Below, piece by piece: positions 10,947 through 19,073 of a stretch of 32,000 nt of DNA. Source of the stretch: Synechococcus sp. A15-24 (GTDB lineage Bacteria > Cyanobacteriota > Cyanobacteriia > PCC-6307 > Cyanobiaceae). A model generated the notes under the pieces. It did not search any database. It was not told the DNA's origin and was given only the letters and a program-made list of their open reading frames with translations. Position 1 is the first letter of the stretch, and each line of letters starts with the position of its first letter. The stretch lies in assembly GCF_014280195.1 (NCBI RefSeq), contig NZ_CP047960.1:1170001-1202000 (forward strand), read 5' to 3'. Position numbers and translations under genes: made by a program.

Positions 10947-11026
10947 GGCGTCCCTGCGAGTCTGACAATCCTAACGGCGTTGTCTTCGGCGCTAAGGTCA
11001 CACTCATTCGATTGAGAGCACGCACG

Positions 11027-11665
11027 TTGGCTGAGCGTCACACCATCGCGGACAGCAAGCGCGCCTTTCATCAGGCCTTTCCGCATGTCATTGCTCCGCT
11101 GTACCGGCGGATTGCTGATGAACTACTGGTGGAGCTGCACCTGCTGAGTCACCAGGCTGCGTTCCAAGCCAACAACCTTTTCGCCGTCGGCCTCACCACC
11201 GTGTTTAAGCGCTTCACCCAGGGCTACCGCCCTGTGGAGCACCCCGCAGCCTTGTTATCTGCGCTTTGCAGCAGCAACGGATTTGACGCTGAACAGCTGA
11301 AGCAAACGGCTCAGCAATGCCTGCAGGACGCCAAAGGGCATTCCGATGACGCATCCCAGAGCTGGTTGAAAGAACAGTCCCTGAGAGACGGCTCTCACTA
11401 CTCAAGACTGATGGCGGTTGGACTTCTCGCTCTGCTGGAAGGGTCGTCGGACGAGAGCGATGCAGAGGCCCTGCGTCAGCAGGCCATCGATCTGTCACCG
11501 GATCTTGGACTACCGGCTGAACGCGTCGAAAAGGATTTGACCGTGTTCTCCTCCAACAGTGAGCGGATGGAGCAGGCCGTGGAACTGATGCAGGAAACCC
11601 TCGCTGCGGAACGACGCAAGAAAGAAAAGCGCCTCGCAGAAGCCACTCAAGGTTCAGCCAGCTGA
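11027..11665 (+). CDS. thf1: Thf1/Psb29 (thylakoid formation / photosystem II biogenesis protein)
   Basis: The sequence TIADSKRAFHQAFPHVIAPLYRRIADELLVELHLLSHQ matches the Thf1 N-terminal signature. There is no in-frame ATG. The track start TTG 10937 would overlap the clpP start; TTG 11027 (MAERHTIADSKRAF) gives a typical length. Confidence 0.85.
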   Translation: MAERHTIADSKRAFHQAFPHVIAPLYRRIADELLVELHLLSHQAAFQANNLFAVGLTTVFKRFTQGYRPVEHPAALLSALCSSNGFDAEQLKQTAQQCLQDAKGHSDDASQSWLKEQSLRDGSHYSRLMAVGLLALLEGSSDESDAEALRQQAIDLSPDLGLPAERVEKDLTVFSSNSERMEQAVELMQETLAAERRKKEKRLAEATQGSAS

Positions 11666-12735
11666 CCCTCAAGCCACTGCCAGTCAGCCCTGTTCTTGAA
11701 CAAGGGCTGAAGCTGCAGCTTCATCGACAAAGCCTGTTGAATCGTCTTTGACCAGCTGTCTGCCATCAGTCCCCGTCTGACCAGTTCTCGGGGAAGCATG
11801 GTCATGCTCAGCCGAGTGCCTGCATCGGTGCTGCCAGGATCACTGGGAAGCGGTGAACCCCCAAGACTCAACTCCAGACGTTGAAGCGAATCGTCCGAGG
11901 GGGCAACAATCCGACCTCCCAAGGGTGGTCCATCAGCTCGAGACCACACAACCGCTTCACTGGCTGATCGACCATCCGGGTTGATCACATCGACAACTTG
12001 ACGCACCAGGCCACGCTCCTCCAGTGCTTTGCCAACCCTGTTGAGAGTGGACGCCAGGCGAGCTCGTGGCATGGTCAGTCGCAGGTTCATTTGAAGAACG
12101 GCATGAAACGGGCCACGGCTCACGGGGGTTAGACGAATCTGCAGCGGCGCTTTCAGCAGTGTTGTCAACGTCGAGGACGGGAGCCCGAAGTTCGACTCCA
12201 GTGATTGCTGTATCGACTCGTTTGTGAGGAGACGCCTCAGAAGTTGATCGGCTGCTGGACTTTCAAGCCGCAACAACAGGGCATCGTCTGCAACCGGCGT
12301 CATGGGCAGGCGTTCCTTCCCACGGAACAGAGGCGCAACCAACCGCACCCCAGCCGGTGCTTGTTCCAAAGACAGCGATGACACCACTCCGCTGAACCGA
12401 ATCTGAGCCGCGGTGCGGGTGAGGCGGAGGCATCCGTTTGAAACCGATGAAAGCAACCGGGCGATGGGGCCTGCCATTGAGGACACTGCTGCAGGGGTCC
12501 AGTGCACAGCGGGTCCCTCCCGCAGCAAATCTAGACACTGATTCATCAGTCGCGATCGGGGAGGACGACTGCCCGCTGACTGCTGAACAAAGACCTTCGC
12601 ATGCAAGTCGTCGGCGAACTCAATCCTCAGAGACGACTGTTCAGCTAGAGGATCAGACGGTGTCGACGGTAAGACCAGAACCGCTGGACCATCGTTCAGC
12701 CAGGCCGTCCACCAGATGGCCCCGTTGCTGTTCAC
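11647..12735 (-). CDS. Conserved hypothetical protein (362 aa); possibly the C-terminal part of a split gene
   Basis: Long GTG-initiated ORF with protein-like composition and no N-terminal signal or TM segment. Its start overlaps the stop of the upstream 87-aa ORF as GTGA. It may belong to the DUF3352 family (from memory, unverified). Confidence 0.65.
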   Translation of the reverse strand: MNSNGAIWWTAWLNDGPAVLVLPSTPSDPLAEQSSLRIEFADDLHAKVFVQQSAGSRPPRSRLMNQCLDLLREGPAVHWTPAAVSSMAGPIARLLSSVSNGCLRLTRTAAQIRFSGVVSSLSLEQAPAGVRLVAPLFRGKERLPMTPVADDALLLRLESPAADQLLRRLLTNESIQQSLESNFGLPSSTLTTLLKAPLQIRLTPVSRGPFHAVLQMNLRLTMPRARLASTLNRVGKALEERGLVRQVVDVINPDGRSASEAVVWSRADGPPLGGRIVAPSDDSLQRLELSLGGSPLPSDPGSTDAGTRLSMTMLPRELVRRGLMADSWSKTIQQALSMKLQLQPLFKNRADWQWLEGQLAEP

Positions 12736-12995
12736 CCAGAGAGACGGGTTGCTTCTTCTGATCCAAGCCTCTGACTCCAGAGCTCCGGCGGCGATTGATC
12801 GGCCTTAACCCGATGGCTTTGCAAAAGCTCTGAGACCGCCAACAGACGATGCATGGTCTCTTGATCACCGGCTGCGTCGTTTTTCCGAACAGCCGGTGTG
12901 ACCAAACGCACCAGCGGCAGAACAATCAGAAGGCAGAAGATTGACGTTGTCAGCGGATGGACAAGCATCCAACGCAGACTGGCCGGCCTTCCCAT
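12732..12995 (-). CDS. Hypothetical membrane-anchored protein (87 aa); possibly the N-terminal part of a split gene
   Basis: ATG start with one hydrophobic segment (LTTSIFCLLIVLPLVRLV). The stop overlaps the GTG of the next ORF. Confidence 0.45.
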   Translation of the reverse strand: MGRPASLRWMLVHPLTTSIFCLLIVLPLVRLVTPAVRKNDAAGDQETMHRLLAVSELLQSHRVKADQSPPELWSQRLGSEEATRLSG

Positions 12996-12999
12996 CAGC

Positions 13000-13134
13000 T
13001 CAGGGTTGACGCCGACGTCTGTCCCGCAACTCGATGAAGGACAGATAAATCACAGAGACACTGACGAAGACGAGGAGAGCAGCCGCTGTGATCTCCAGTC
13101 CCTGGTTGAACGTGAACGTCGCAGGACCGTTCAA
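13000..13134 (-). CDS. Candidate single-TM micro-protein (44 aa from TTG)
   Basis: Hand translation gives (L/M)NGPATFTFNQGLEITAAALLVFVSVSVIYLSFIELRDRRRRQP: one TM helix followed by a basic tail. The TTG lies 4 nt after the petN stop, and the stop lies 4 nt before the ATG of the next ORF. There is no canonical ATG. Confidence 0.3.
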   Translation of the reverse strand: MNGPATFTFNQGLEITAAALLVFVSVSVIYLSFIELRDRRRRQP

Positions 13135-13138
13135 GGCC

Positions 13139-13240
13139 TCAGAAGTTCAAGGTTCCGTCGCCGTTGCGACCCCACACCACCATGGCGATGGAGAAGCTGA
13201 ACATGGCGGCGAGCGATGCCCAGGCGACGGTGAACAGCAT
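13139..13240 (-). CDS. petN: Cytochrome b6-f complex subunit 8 (PetN); below the ORF-track size cutoff
   Basis: Hand translation gives [33 protein letters not shown] (33 aa), essentially the canonical PetN sequence. Confidence 0.9.
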   Translation of the reverse strand: MLFTVAWASLAAMFSFSIAMVVWGRNGDGTLNF

Positions 13241-13312
13241 TGACTTGACTTATTCAATGGCTGGATCCTACCTAGGGTCCACGGCCAGCCTTCTTCGTTT
13301 GAAGCAACTGTC

Positions 13313-13609
13313 ATGAGCAGCTCAAGTCCTGGCTCAGCGTCGTTGCTTGAGCGCCAGACCATCACCCAGCGCTATCCCCAGGCCCGTGTGATTGTTCTCG
13401 ATGACGACGTCAACACGTTTCAGCACGTGGTTGACAGCCTGCGCAAGATCATCCCGGGCATGAGTGAGGAAAAGGCCTGGGGACTCGCCAACCGCATCGA
13501 CGGACAGGGTTCCGCTGAAGTCTGGTGCGGTCCGCTTGAGCAGGCCGAGCTGTACCACCAGCAGCTGGCCGCAGAGGGGCTCACCATGGCTCCACTCGAA
13601 CGCTGCTGA
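13313..13609 (+). CDS. clpS: ATP-dependent Clp protease adaptor ClpS
   Basis: 98 aa. YPQARVIVLDDDVNTFQHVVDSLRKIIPGMSEEKAWGLANRIDGQGSAEVWCGPLEQAELYHQQL is the ClpS core fold signature. Confidence 0.9.
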   Translation: MSSSSPGSASLLERQTITQRYPQARVIVLDDDVNTFQHVVDSLRKIIPGMSEEKAWGLANRIDGQGSAEVWCGPLEQAELYHQQLAAEGLTMAPLERC

Positions 13610-13611
13610 GC

Positions 13612-13839
13612 TCAATCCGCCGGTTGTCGCGTTGCTTTGGTGAGTCGCAGCAGATCCACGGTCTGCAGTCGTTGCGTCTTGGCATCGAGTACAAACCGAA
13701 CCACTCGACCAGGGCAAAACGCCAGGCCCCGCACCTCCATGCCGTGGAGTTCGGAGGTCAACATTCTGGCTTCACAACCGCAACGTTCTGCCAGGGGGCC
13801 GGACACGGCACGTCGAAGAGTGTCAACTGATTTGAGCAT
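13612..13839 (-). CDS. Small hypothetical protein (75 aa from ATG 13839; the track uses GTG 13848)
   Basis: This is the only frame in the gap with protein-like composition (MLKSVDTLRRAVSGPLAERCGCEARMLTSELHGMEVRGLAFCPGRVVRFVLDAKTQRLQTVDLL). The two overlapping + ORFs are Arg/Ser-rich and look spurious. Confidence 0.5.
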   Translation of the reverse strand: MLKSVDTLRRAVSGPLAERCGCEARMLTSELHGMEVRGLAFCPGRVVRFVLDAKTQRLQTVDLLRLTKATRQPAD

Positions 13840-13850
13840 CAGGGCCACTG

Positions 13851-14189
13851 GTGGCTCCCTCCGGCATAGCCAGGCTGGCTAGCTTCAAGCGGTTCTCAGG
13901 GATTCCTCAAGGTTTGGGCCGGGTCGTCATCACCCACAGCACCTATGTGGACGGGCTGATTCCCTGGCTCAAAAGCCTTGCCAAGGACCGCCGCATTCAA
14001 ACGGTCACGCCAGCCGTGATCAATCGGGTTCGAGGTCGCAGTCAGACGCTTCAACTGCGGGTTTCAACCCCCATTCGCGGCGGGTTCAAGTTGATGGCTC
14101 GCAAGGGCAGCAGTGTTCAAGAAGTTTTTGTTGTCACAGAGCTGGAACAGAGCCAACTTCAAAAGGTCGTCGATGACCACAGGCCCTGA
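13851..14189 (+). CDS. Conserved hypothetical protein (possibly DUF2103 family)
   Basis: GRVVITHSTYVDGLIPWLKSLAK...VTPAVINRV...LQLRVSTPIRGGFKLMARKGSSVQEVFVVT resembles the cyanobacterial DUF2103 pattern from memory. There is no in-frame ATG near the start; GTG 13851 or TTG 13914 are candidates. Confidence 0.6.
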   Translation: MAPSGIARLASFKRFSGIPQGLGRVVITHSTYVDGLIPWLKSLAKDRRIQTVTPAVINRVRGRSQTLQLRVSTPIRGGFKLMARKGSSVQEVFVVTELEQSQLQKVVDDHRP

Positions 14190-14197
14190 GTCGTCAA

Positions 14198-14398
14198 TCA
14201 GTGCTTCTGAGCCGCCTGGCATGTCTCGGGGACTGACAGTCTGATTTCAGACTGACTGTCGCAGAGGCCGGCCCAGTCCGAGCGACGGAAGCATTGGGTA
14301 AGGATGGCGCGGCAAGCCACCTGAGCGTCATCGGGCAGAAAGCGCACGGGCTCCGCCTGCGCCAGAACCAGTCCGATCACAAGAAACAGCGTCGGCAT
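14198..14398 (-). CDS. Small hypothetical secreted Cys-containing protein (66 aa)
   Basis: ATG start, a hydrophobic N-terminus (MPTLFLVIGLVLAQAEP) and 4 Cys in the mature part. It lies directly downstream of the putative 6S RNA. Confidence 0.45.
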   Translation of the reverse strand: MPTLFLVIGLVLAQAEPVRFLPDDAQVACRAILTQCFRRSDWAGLCDSQSEIRLSVPETCQAAQKH

Positions 14399-14414
14399 CG
14401 TCAGGCTTGATCAA

Positions 14415-14602
14415 TGGGGTGAACCACCGTGCCGTGCGAGCCCCAGTGGTCGACCTGGAAGAACCAGAAGGGGAAACAAAGTGGGGATTCGTTTCCGGCT
14501 ACAGGGCCGGTTTACGGCACCGTCACGACAGTCTCCCCAAGTCGAAAGAGAGTCAGATCAGAGCACTAGAAAAAGGCCGTCACCAACACAGCAGTTCAGG
14601 TT
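14415..14602 (-). ncRNA. ssrS: Probable 6S RNA
   Basis: This is a 204-nt ORF-free spacer after the purK stop. On the minus strand, GAACUGCUGUGUUG (14597-14584) pairs with CGGCACGGUGGUUC (14434-14421) over 14 bp. Five of those pairs are G-U, which would be C-A mismatches on the + strand. Moving inward there are further helices: CUAGUG/CACUGG, GAUCUG/CAGGUC and UUGGGGA/UCCCCA. These flank a large pyrimidine-rich internal bubble, and the fold ends in the apical hairpin CCGGC-CCUGUA-GCCGG (14510-14495). Size and architecture fit 6S RNA. As I recall, ssrS sits downstream of purK in marine picocyanobacteria. The ends are approximate. Confidence 0.6.
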
Positions 14603-15784
14603 TCAGCTTAAAGCTGAATTCACCGTTGGAGACGGCCAGATGCCGCGGATAACCTCCAGTGCGGATTCGGCTTGATGCTCTCGCTGCTTTGCATCAGCCC
14701 CCGAGAGCAACACGGTCACGTGACCGAGTTTGCGTCCAGGAGTTTCCGGTGACTTGCCATACCAGTGCAGGTGCGCATCCGGCAAAGCCGCTAAAGCGTC
14801 CAAGCGTTGTTGTAATGGCGTGGTGGCTGTCTCAAGCCCCAGCAGATTCACCATTAGTGCACCATTGCTGGTGAATTCAGGCGATGGAACCGGCAGACCG
14901 GCCGCAATGCACACCTGTTGGTCAAATTGACTGCTGCTGCAGGCTTCGATCGAGTAGTGGCCGGAATTGTGTGTTCGCGGAGCCACTTCGTTCACCTGTA
15001 ACCCATCGGGTCCGAAGAAAAACTCCAGGGCCAGAACCCCGACGTAATTGAGTTTGGTGAGCAGGGACGCTGCCACGTTGTAGGCCTGGGCTTCCACCCC
15101 TTGGTCAACAGCCGCAGGAGCCAGAACCCAGTCGCAGACTTGCTGGCTTTGGTGGGTTTCCACAAGAGGGAAACGGCGAACCCGTCCCTGGGAATCACGA
15201 CTCACCACCAGCGCCAGCTCTCGCTCGTAATCCACCCAGCACTCCAGCAGCCACTCATCCCTCTCCACACTGCGGATCAAGCGAGCCAGATCCTCAATCG
15301 ACTCCACAACGACGGTCCCCTTGCCGTCGTATCCGCCATGGGCCGCTTTCGCCATCACCGGAAATGACCACCCCTGAGGCAGGGCTGGCTGAGCCGGCGG
15401 GATCCGACTCAACGGGCACCACGGAGGCGCGGAAATGGAGAGATCTGACAACAGCTGCCGCTGCGACAGCTTGTTGATCAGAGGTGAAAGGGCAGAAAGG
15501 GCCGGTCGGAACCTCACACCCTGCTGTTCCAGGGGAATGAGGGCATCTATGTTGACCCACTCGTTTTCAAACGTGATTCCCTGGCAGCCCACCACCAATT
15601 GGCGGGTTCCTGCTGTGTCACGAGGGTCCGCGATGACCTGACGGGACGAACCAGCACAAGCGGGGTCGTCGGTGGAACCGGTCTGAACCGCCACGGCCAC
15701 CTGCCGTTCTGCAGCAGCTTCCACCATCATGCGAGCGAGCTGGCCGCCGCCGACGACACCGATCATCTCGGCCGTGGTGGTCAT
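14603..15784 (-). CDS. purK: N5-carboxyaminoimidazole ribonucleotide synthase
   Basis: MTTTAEMIGVVGGGQLARMM...ATP-grasp core...HWYGKSPETPGRKLGHVTVL is typical PurK. ATG 15784 is preferred over the track's TTG 15823. Confidence 0.93.
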   Translation of the reverse strand: MTTTAEMIGVVGGGQLARMMVEAAAERQVAVAVQTGSTDDPACAGSSRQVIADPRDTAGTRQLVVGCQGITFENEWVNIDALIPLEQQGVRFRPALSALSPLINKLSQRQLLSDLSISAPPWCPLSRIPPAQPALPQGWSFPVMAKAAHGGYDGKGTVVVESIEDLARLIRSVERDEWLLECWVDYERELALVVSRDSQGRVRRFPLVETHQSQQVCDWVLAPAAVDQGVEAQAYNVAASLLTKLNYVGVLALEFFFGPDGLQVNEVAPRTHNSGHYSIEACSSSQFDQQVCIAAGLPVPSPEFTSNGALMVNLLGLETATTPLQQRLDALAALPDAHLHWYGKSPETPGRKLGHVTVLLSGADAKQREHQAESALEVIRGIWPSPTVNSALS

Positions 15785-15839
15785 TCCCCATGGGTGCGTA
15801 ATCTCCCGCAGCTTGCCACTCAATGGAGCGCCTGACCTC

Positions 15840-16712
15840 TCAGATCAGGGCACGATTGCCACTGAAGGCCAGACGCACCAGGGTGAACAGCATCACCACA
15901 AGGAACAGAGCAAGCCCGAGGGTGCAGGCATAACTGATCTCCAGTTCAGCGAAGGCTTGGTCATAGAAGTAATAAACGATGGTCCGCGTTGAATCGGCAG
16001 GCCCACCCTGAGTCATCAGAAACACCTCCTCAAACACCTTGGTGGCCGCGATCGACGACACCACAGCCACCAGGGAAACGTAGGGACGAAGCAACGGCAG
16101 GGTGATGTCCACGTGCTGGCGCCAGCCCTCGCTGCCATCGAGTTCGGCCGCCTCGTAGAGCTCTTTCGGGATCCCCTGCAATCCCGCCAGGAAAATCACC
16201 ATGTAATACCCGAGCCCTTTCCACAACGTAACCACCATCACGGCAGGCAGAGCGAGCTGTGGTGACGTCAGAAAACCGATCGGGGTGAAGGCTGGGCCGA
16301 GCAACACAGCCAGCCAGCCATTGATCAGGCCGTTTTCGGCGTAGAGCCAACGGAAGGCGATGGCTGCCACCACAATGGAGACCAGCACCGGTGTGTAGAA
16401 CGCGCCGCGCATCAGGTGACTGCCGGGCAGGCCCCGATTCACCAGAACCGCCAGAGCCAGTGAGCCGACAACAATCGGCGGGACCACACCGAAGAGATAG
16501 AGAAACGTGGTGAGCATCACCCGACGCACCATCGGATCCGACAACAACCGCTGCAGGTTGGCGAGTCCGACGAAGCGGAGTGGCTCCGTCACATCCAAGC
16601 CGGAGGCGGTGAAGCTCATCACCAGCGCCATCAGGGCTGGAACCAGCACCGACAGGCTGATCAGCACCAGGGCCGGCAACAGAAACGCCCAGGCGACAAG
16701 ACTGCGGCGCAA
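15840..16712 (-). CDS. Carbohydrate ABC transporter permease (UgpA/MalF-like)
   Basis: 290 aa with six TM segments and the EAA loop EAAELDGSEGWRQHVDITLPLLRP. The only in-frame start after the upstream stop is TTG 16712. Confidence 0.88.
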   Translation of the reverse strand: MRRSLVAWAFLLPALVLISLSVLVPALMALVMSFTASGLDVTEPLRFVGLANLQRLLSDPMVRRVMLTTFLYLFGVVPPIVVGSLALAVLVNRGLPGSHLMRGAFYTPVLVSIVVAAIAFRWLYAENGLINGWLAVLLGPAFTPIGFLTSPQLALPAVMVVTLWKGLGYYMVIFLAGLQGIPKELYEAAELDGSEGWRQHVDITLPLLRPYVSLVAVVSSIAATKVFEEVFLMTQGGPADSTRTIVYYFYDQAFAELEISYACTLGLALFLVVMLFTLVRLAFSGNRALI

Positions 16713-16791
16713 GGTGCTGCTGTCACTGGCATGAGGTTACGGCGGGTTGACCGTCTCCGCCCGGCAGAGTGGTGCCAATGCAGGACGCTCC

Positions 16792-17907
16792 ATGGTCTCC
16801 TCACCCACCCTGCGTCGGATCGCCGTCGCCTTGGAACGCAACCCCTATGAGGTGGTGATCGGCGCCGGTGGCCTGAGCCGCCTTGGGGACGAGCTCCTGA
16901 ACGCCGGAATTCAGCCCGGCCGACGGATCCTGGTGGTCAGCAACCCAGACGTCGCCGCCCCCTATGGAGAGGGATGCCTGCAAAGCCTGCGGCTCCAGGG
17001 CTTCCACGCCGACCTGCTGGTGATTGATGCGGGAGAAGACCGCAAGACTCCAGCCACGGTGGCCGCCATCCATGACGCCGCCTTTGAACAGCGCCTGGAG
17101 CGCAGCTCGTTGATGCTGGCCTTGGGTGGAGGGGTTGTCGGAGACATGACCGGCTTCGCAGCAGCCACCTGGCTGCGAGGGATCCGGGTGATTCAGGTCC
17201 CCACAACCCTTCTGGCCATGGTCGATGCCGCCATCGGCGGCAAAACGGGGGTGAACCATCCCGGCGGCAAGAACCTGATCGGCGCCTTTCACCAGCCGAG
17301 CCTGGTGCTGATCGATCCAGAAACGCTCAACACCCTTCCGGAGCGGGAGTTCAGGGCCGGCATGGCGGAAGTGATCAAGTACGGAATCCTTGGCGATCCC
17401 GAGCTGTTCCAGTGGCTGGAGGAGAGGCCAGAACCCAACTCAGCCGCTGGCCTTGGCAACAGCCGGCTCGAGAACATTCTGGAACGATCGGCAGCGGCAA
17501 AAGCACGGGTGGTTGCTGCGGATGAACGGGAAGGGGGGCTGCGGGCCGTGCTGAATTACGGCCACACCTTCGGTCATGTGGTGGAAACCCTTTGTGGTTA
17601 CGGCACCTGGCTGCACGGCGAGGCAGTGGCTATCGGGATGGTGGCGGTGGGGCAGTTGGCCGTGAACCGCGGCAGCTGGACGGCGGAGGATGCCGGGCGC
17701 CAGACGCAGCTGATCCAGCGCTGTGGGCTACCGACGGCCTGGCCGGATCTGGATCCTGACGCCGTGCTGCGTACCCTTCAGGGAGACAAGAAGGTGAAAG
17801 ACGGTCGCTTGCGCTTCGTGCTGCCCACGGCCATCGGCCGCGTGGAGATCCGCGATGACATCAGCCGGGACGAGATCCTGCATTGTCTGGATCAGTTGCG
17901 AGGCTGA
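16792..17907 (+). CDS. aroB: 3-dehydroquinate synthase
   Basis: [46 protein letters not shown] and [11 protein letters not shown]...[10 protein letters not shown] are AroB NAD/metal motifs. ATG 16792 is preferred over the track's TTG 16747. Confidence 0.93.
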   Translation: MVSSPTLRRIAVALERNPYEVVIGAGGLSRLGDELLNAGIQPGRRILVVSNPDVAAPYGEGCLQSLRLQGFHADLLVIDAGEDRKTPATVAAIHDAAFEQRLERSSLMLALGGGVVGDMTGFAAATWLRGIRVIQVPTTLLAMVDAAIGGKTGVNHPGGKNLIGAFHQPSLVLIDPETLNTLPEREFRAGMAEVIKYGILGDPELFQWLEERPEPNSAAGLGNSRLENILERSAAAKARVVAADEREGGLRAVLNYGHTFGHVVETLCGYGTWLHGEAVAIGMVAVGQLAVNRGSWTAEDAGRQTQLIQRCGLPTAWPDLDPDAVLRTLQGDKKVKDGRLRFVLPTAIGRVEIRDDISRDEILHCLDQLRG

Positions 17908-19042
17908 AACGGTCCGCACCAGCCCCGCGGCTGAACAACAGCAAGCGGAAGTCGCCAAGGGCGGCAGGATCCACCAGTCGCAGCAGAGCCTCTCTCCGTC
18001 GGAACGCCTCGGCCAGTTCGCTGGCGGGCAACTGCTGCAGCGCATGCAGGTCGTTCGCCAGGCCGAGGGCAAGCAGCGCCTCCCCCTGACGCCTCTGGTC
18101 CCGCAGCTGCCAACCGTGGTGTGCAGCGGCCTGGGTCACGGTCTCGATGCAGAGATGGGCGGTGAGGTCCTGCTCCCCGGCATGGGCCAGAGGGTTCATC
18201 CCTGCCATGCCATCGCGATAGGCCATGAGTGTCCCCTCCGAGCGTCGGGCGGTGTAATAACGGGAGGCCTCATGGGCGTAATCGATCACCAGCAGGGCCC
18301 CATCGGACACCGCTGAAGCCAGCGTCCCGAACCACGGCCACAAGCTGCTGTGCCATTCCGTGGTCCAACCGTCTTCACTGCCAGGCGGGGGTAGCTCCAG
18401 TCCACTGGTCTGCAGCTGCTCCTGCAGCGTGTCAGGGAGGGCAAGTGGCGTCGAGGTCAGTTGATCGTTCTGCTCCAGACGCACCCCCTGAAGGGCAAGC
18501 TCTCCTTGATGGAGCACCAGGCGATCCACCGGGAAAGCGTCAAGCAGTTCATGGGCCAGTACGACGCCTTGAACGGGAGAGGATTGCAGCTTCTCGATGC
18601 CACACCAGCGCACCGGACAGCCGCTGATTCCCTGAAGTCGTTGCTGCTGCCGCTGGCGGAGAGAGGGGCTGCGTTCGACTAGGACAAGCTCACAGCGCTC
18701 GATCAGATCGGGATCCTGGCGCGACAGAACAGTCAGCAGATCGGCAGCGAGATCACCTTCACCTGGTCCAACCTCCACCAAGGACAAGGTCGAAGCCTGA
18801 TCGCACAGGCTGCGCAGCAGATCGATCAGTTGACGACCGAGCAGATTTGCGAAATCAGGACCCAGCGATGGTGACGTCGCGAAGTCCCCTTGGGGACCGA
18901 TCCGAACCCGGCCTGATCCGTAATAACCGTGTTCTGGATGATGCAGGGCCCAGTCCATGAACTGACGGAAGGGAACCGTGCCACCGGACTGGTGGAGAAG
19001 CGTTGCCAACCAGGCCGGACAGTCCGCAGCCGTCGGATTCAT
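17861..19042 (-). CDS. Class I SAM-dependent methyltransferase, MidA/NDUFAF7-like (DUF185)
   Basis: 393 aa with an ATG start. [48 protein letters not shown]...[16 protein letters not shown] fits the COG1565/MidA pattern. Its 3' end overlaps the aroB 3' end by 47 nt. Confidence 0.85.
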   Translation of the reverse strand: MNPTAADCPAWLATLLHQSGGTVPFRQFMDWALHHPEHGYYGSGRVRIGPQGDFATSPSLGPDFANLLGRQLIDLLRSLCDQASTLSLVEVGPGEGDLAADLLTVLSRQDPDLIERCELVLVERSPSLRQRQQQRLQGISGCPVRWCGIEKLQSSPVQGVVLAHELLDAFPVDRLVLHQGELALQGVRLEQNDQLTSTPLALPDTLQEQLQTSGLELPPPGSEDGWTTEWHSSLWPWFGTLASAVSDGALLVIDYAHEASRYYTARRSEGTLMAYRDGMAGMNPLAHAGEQDLTAHLCIETVTQAAAHHGWQLRDQRRQGEALLALGLANDLHALQQLPASELAEAFRRREALLRLVDPAALGDFRLLLFSRGAGADRFSLATDPDNAGSRPG

Positions 19043-19073
19043 TGGAGAGAATGCCCGCCACTACAGCAAGTCC

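Noticed and set aside
10937-11026. TTG 10937 as the thf1 start, overlapping the clpP start codon
   Set aside because: The 30 extra residues are not Thf1-like and would create a divergent coding overlap. TTG 11027 gives the canonical N-terminus.
14399-14602. Possible glutamine (glnA or downstream-peptide) riboswitch upstream of the 66-aa ORF
   Set aside because: The ACGGAAG and AAGGAAC-type conserved segments I remember for these motifs are absent. The long-hairpin 6S-like fold explains the region better.
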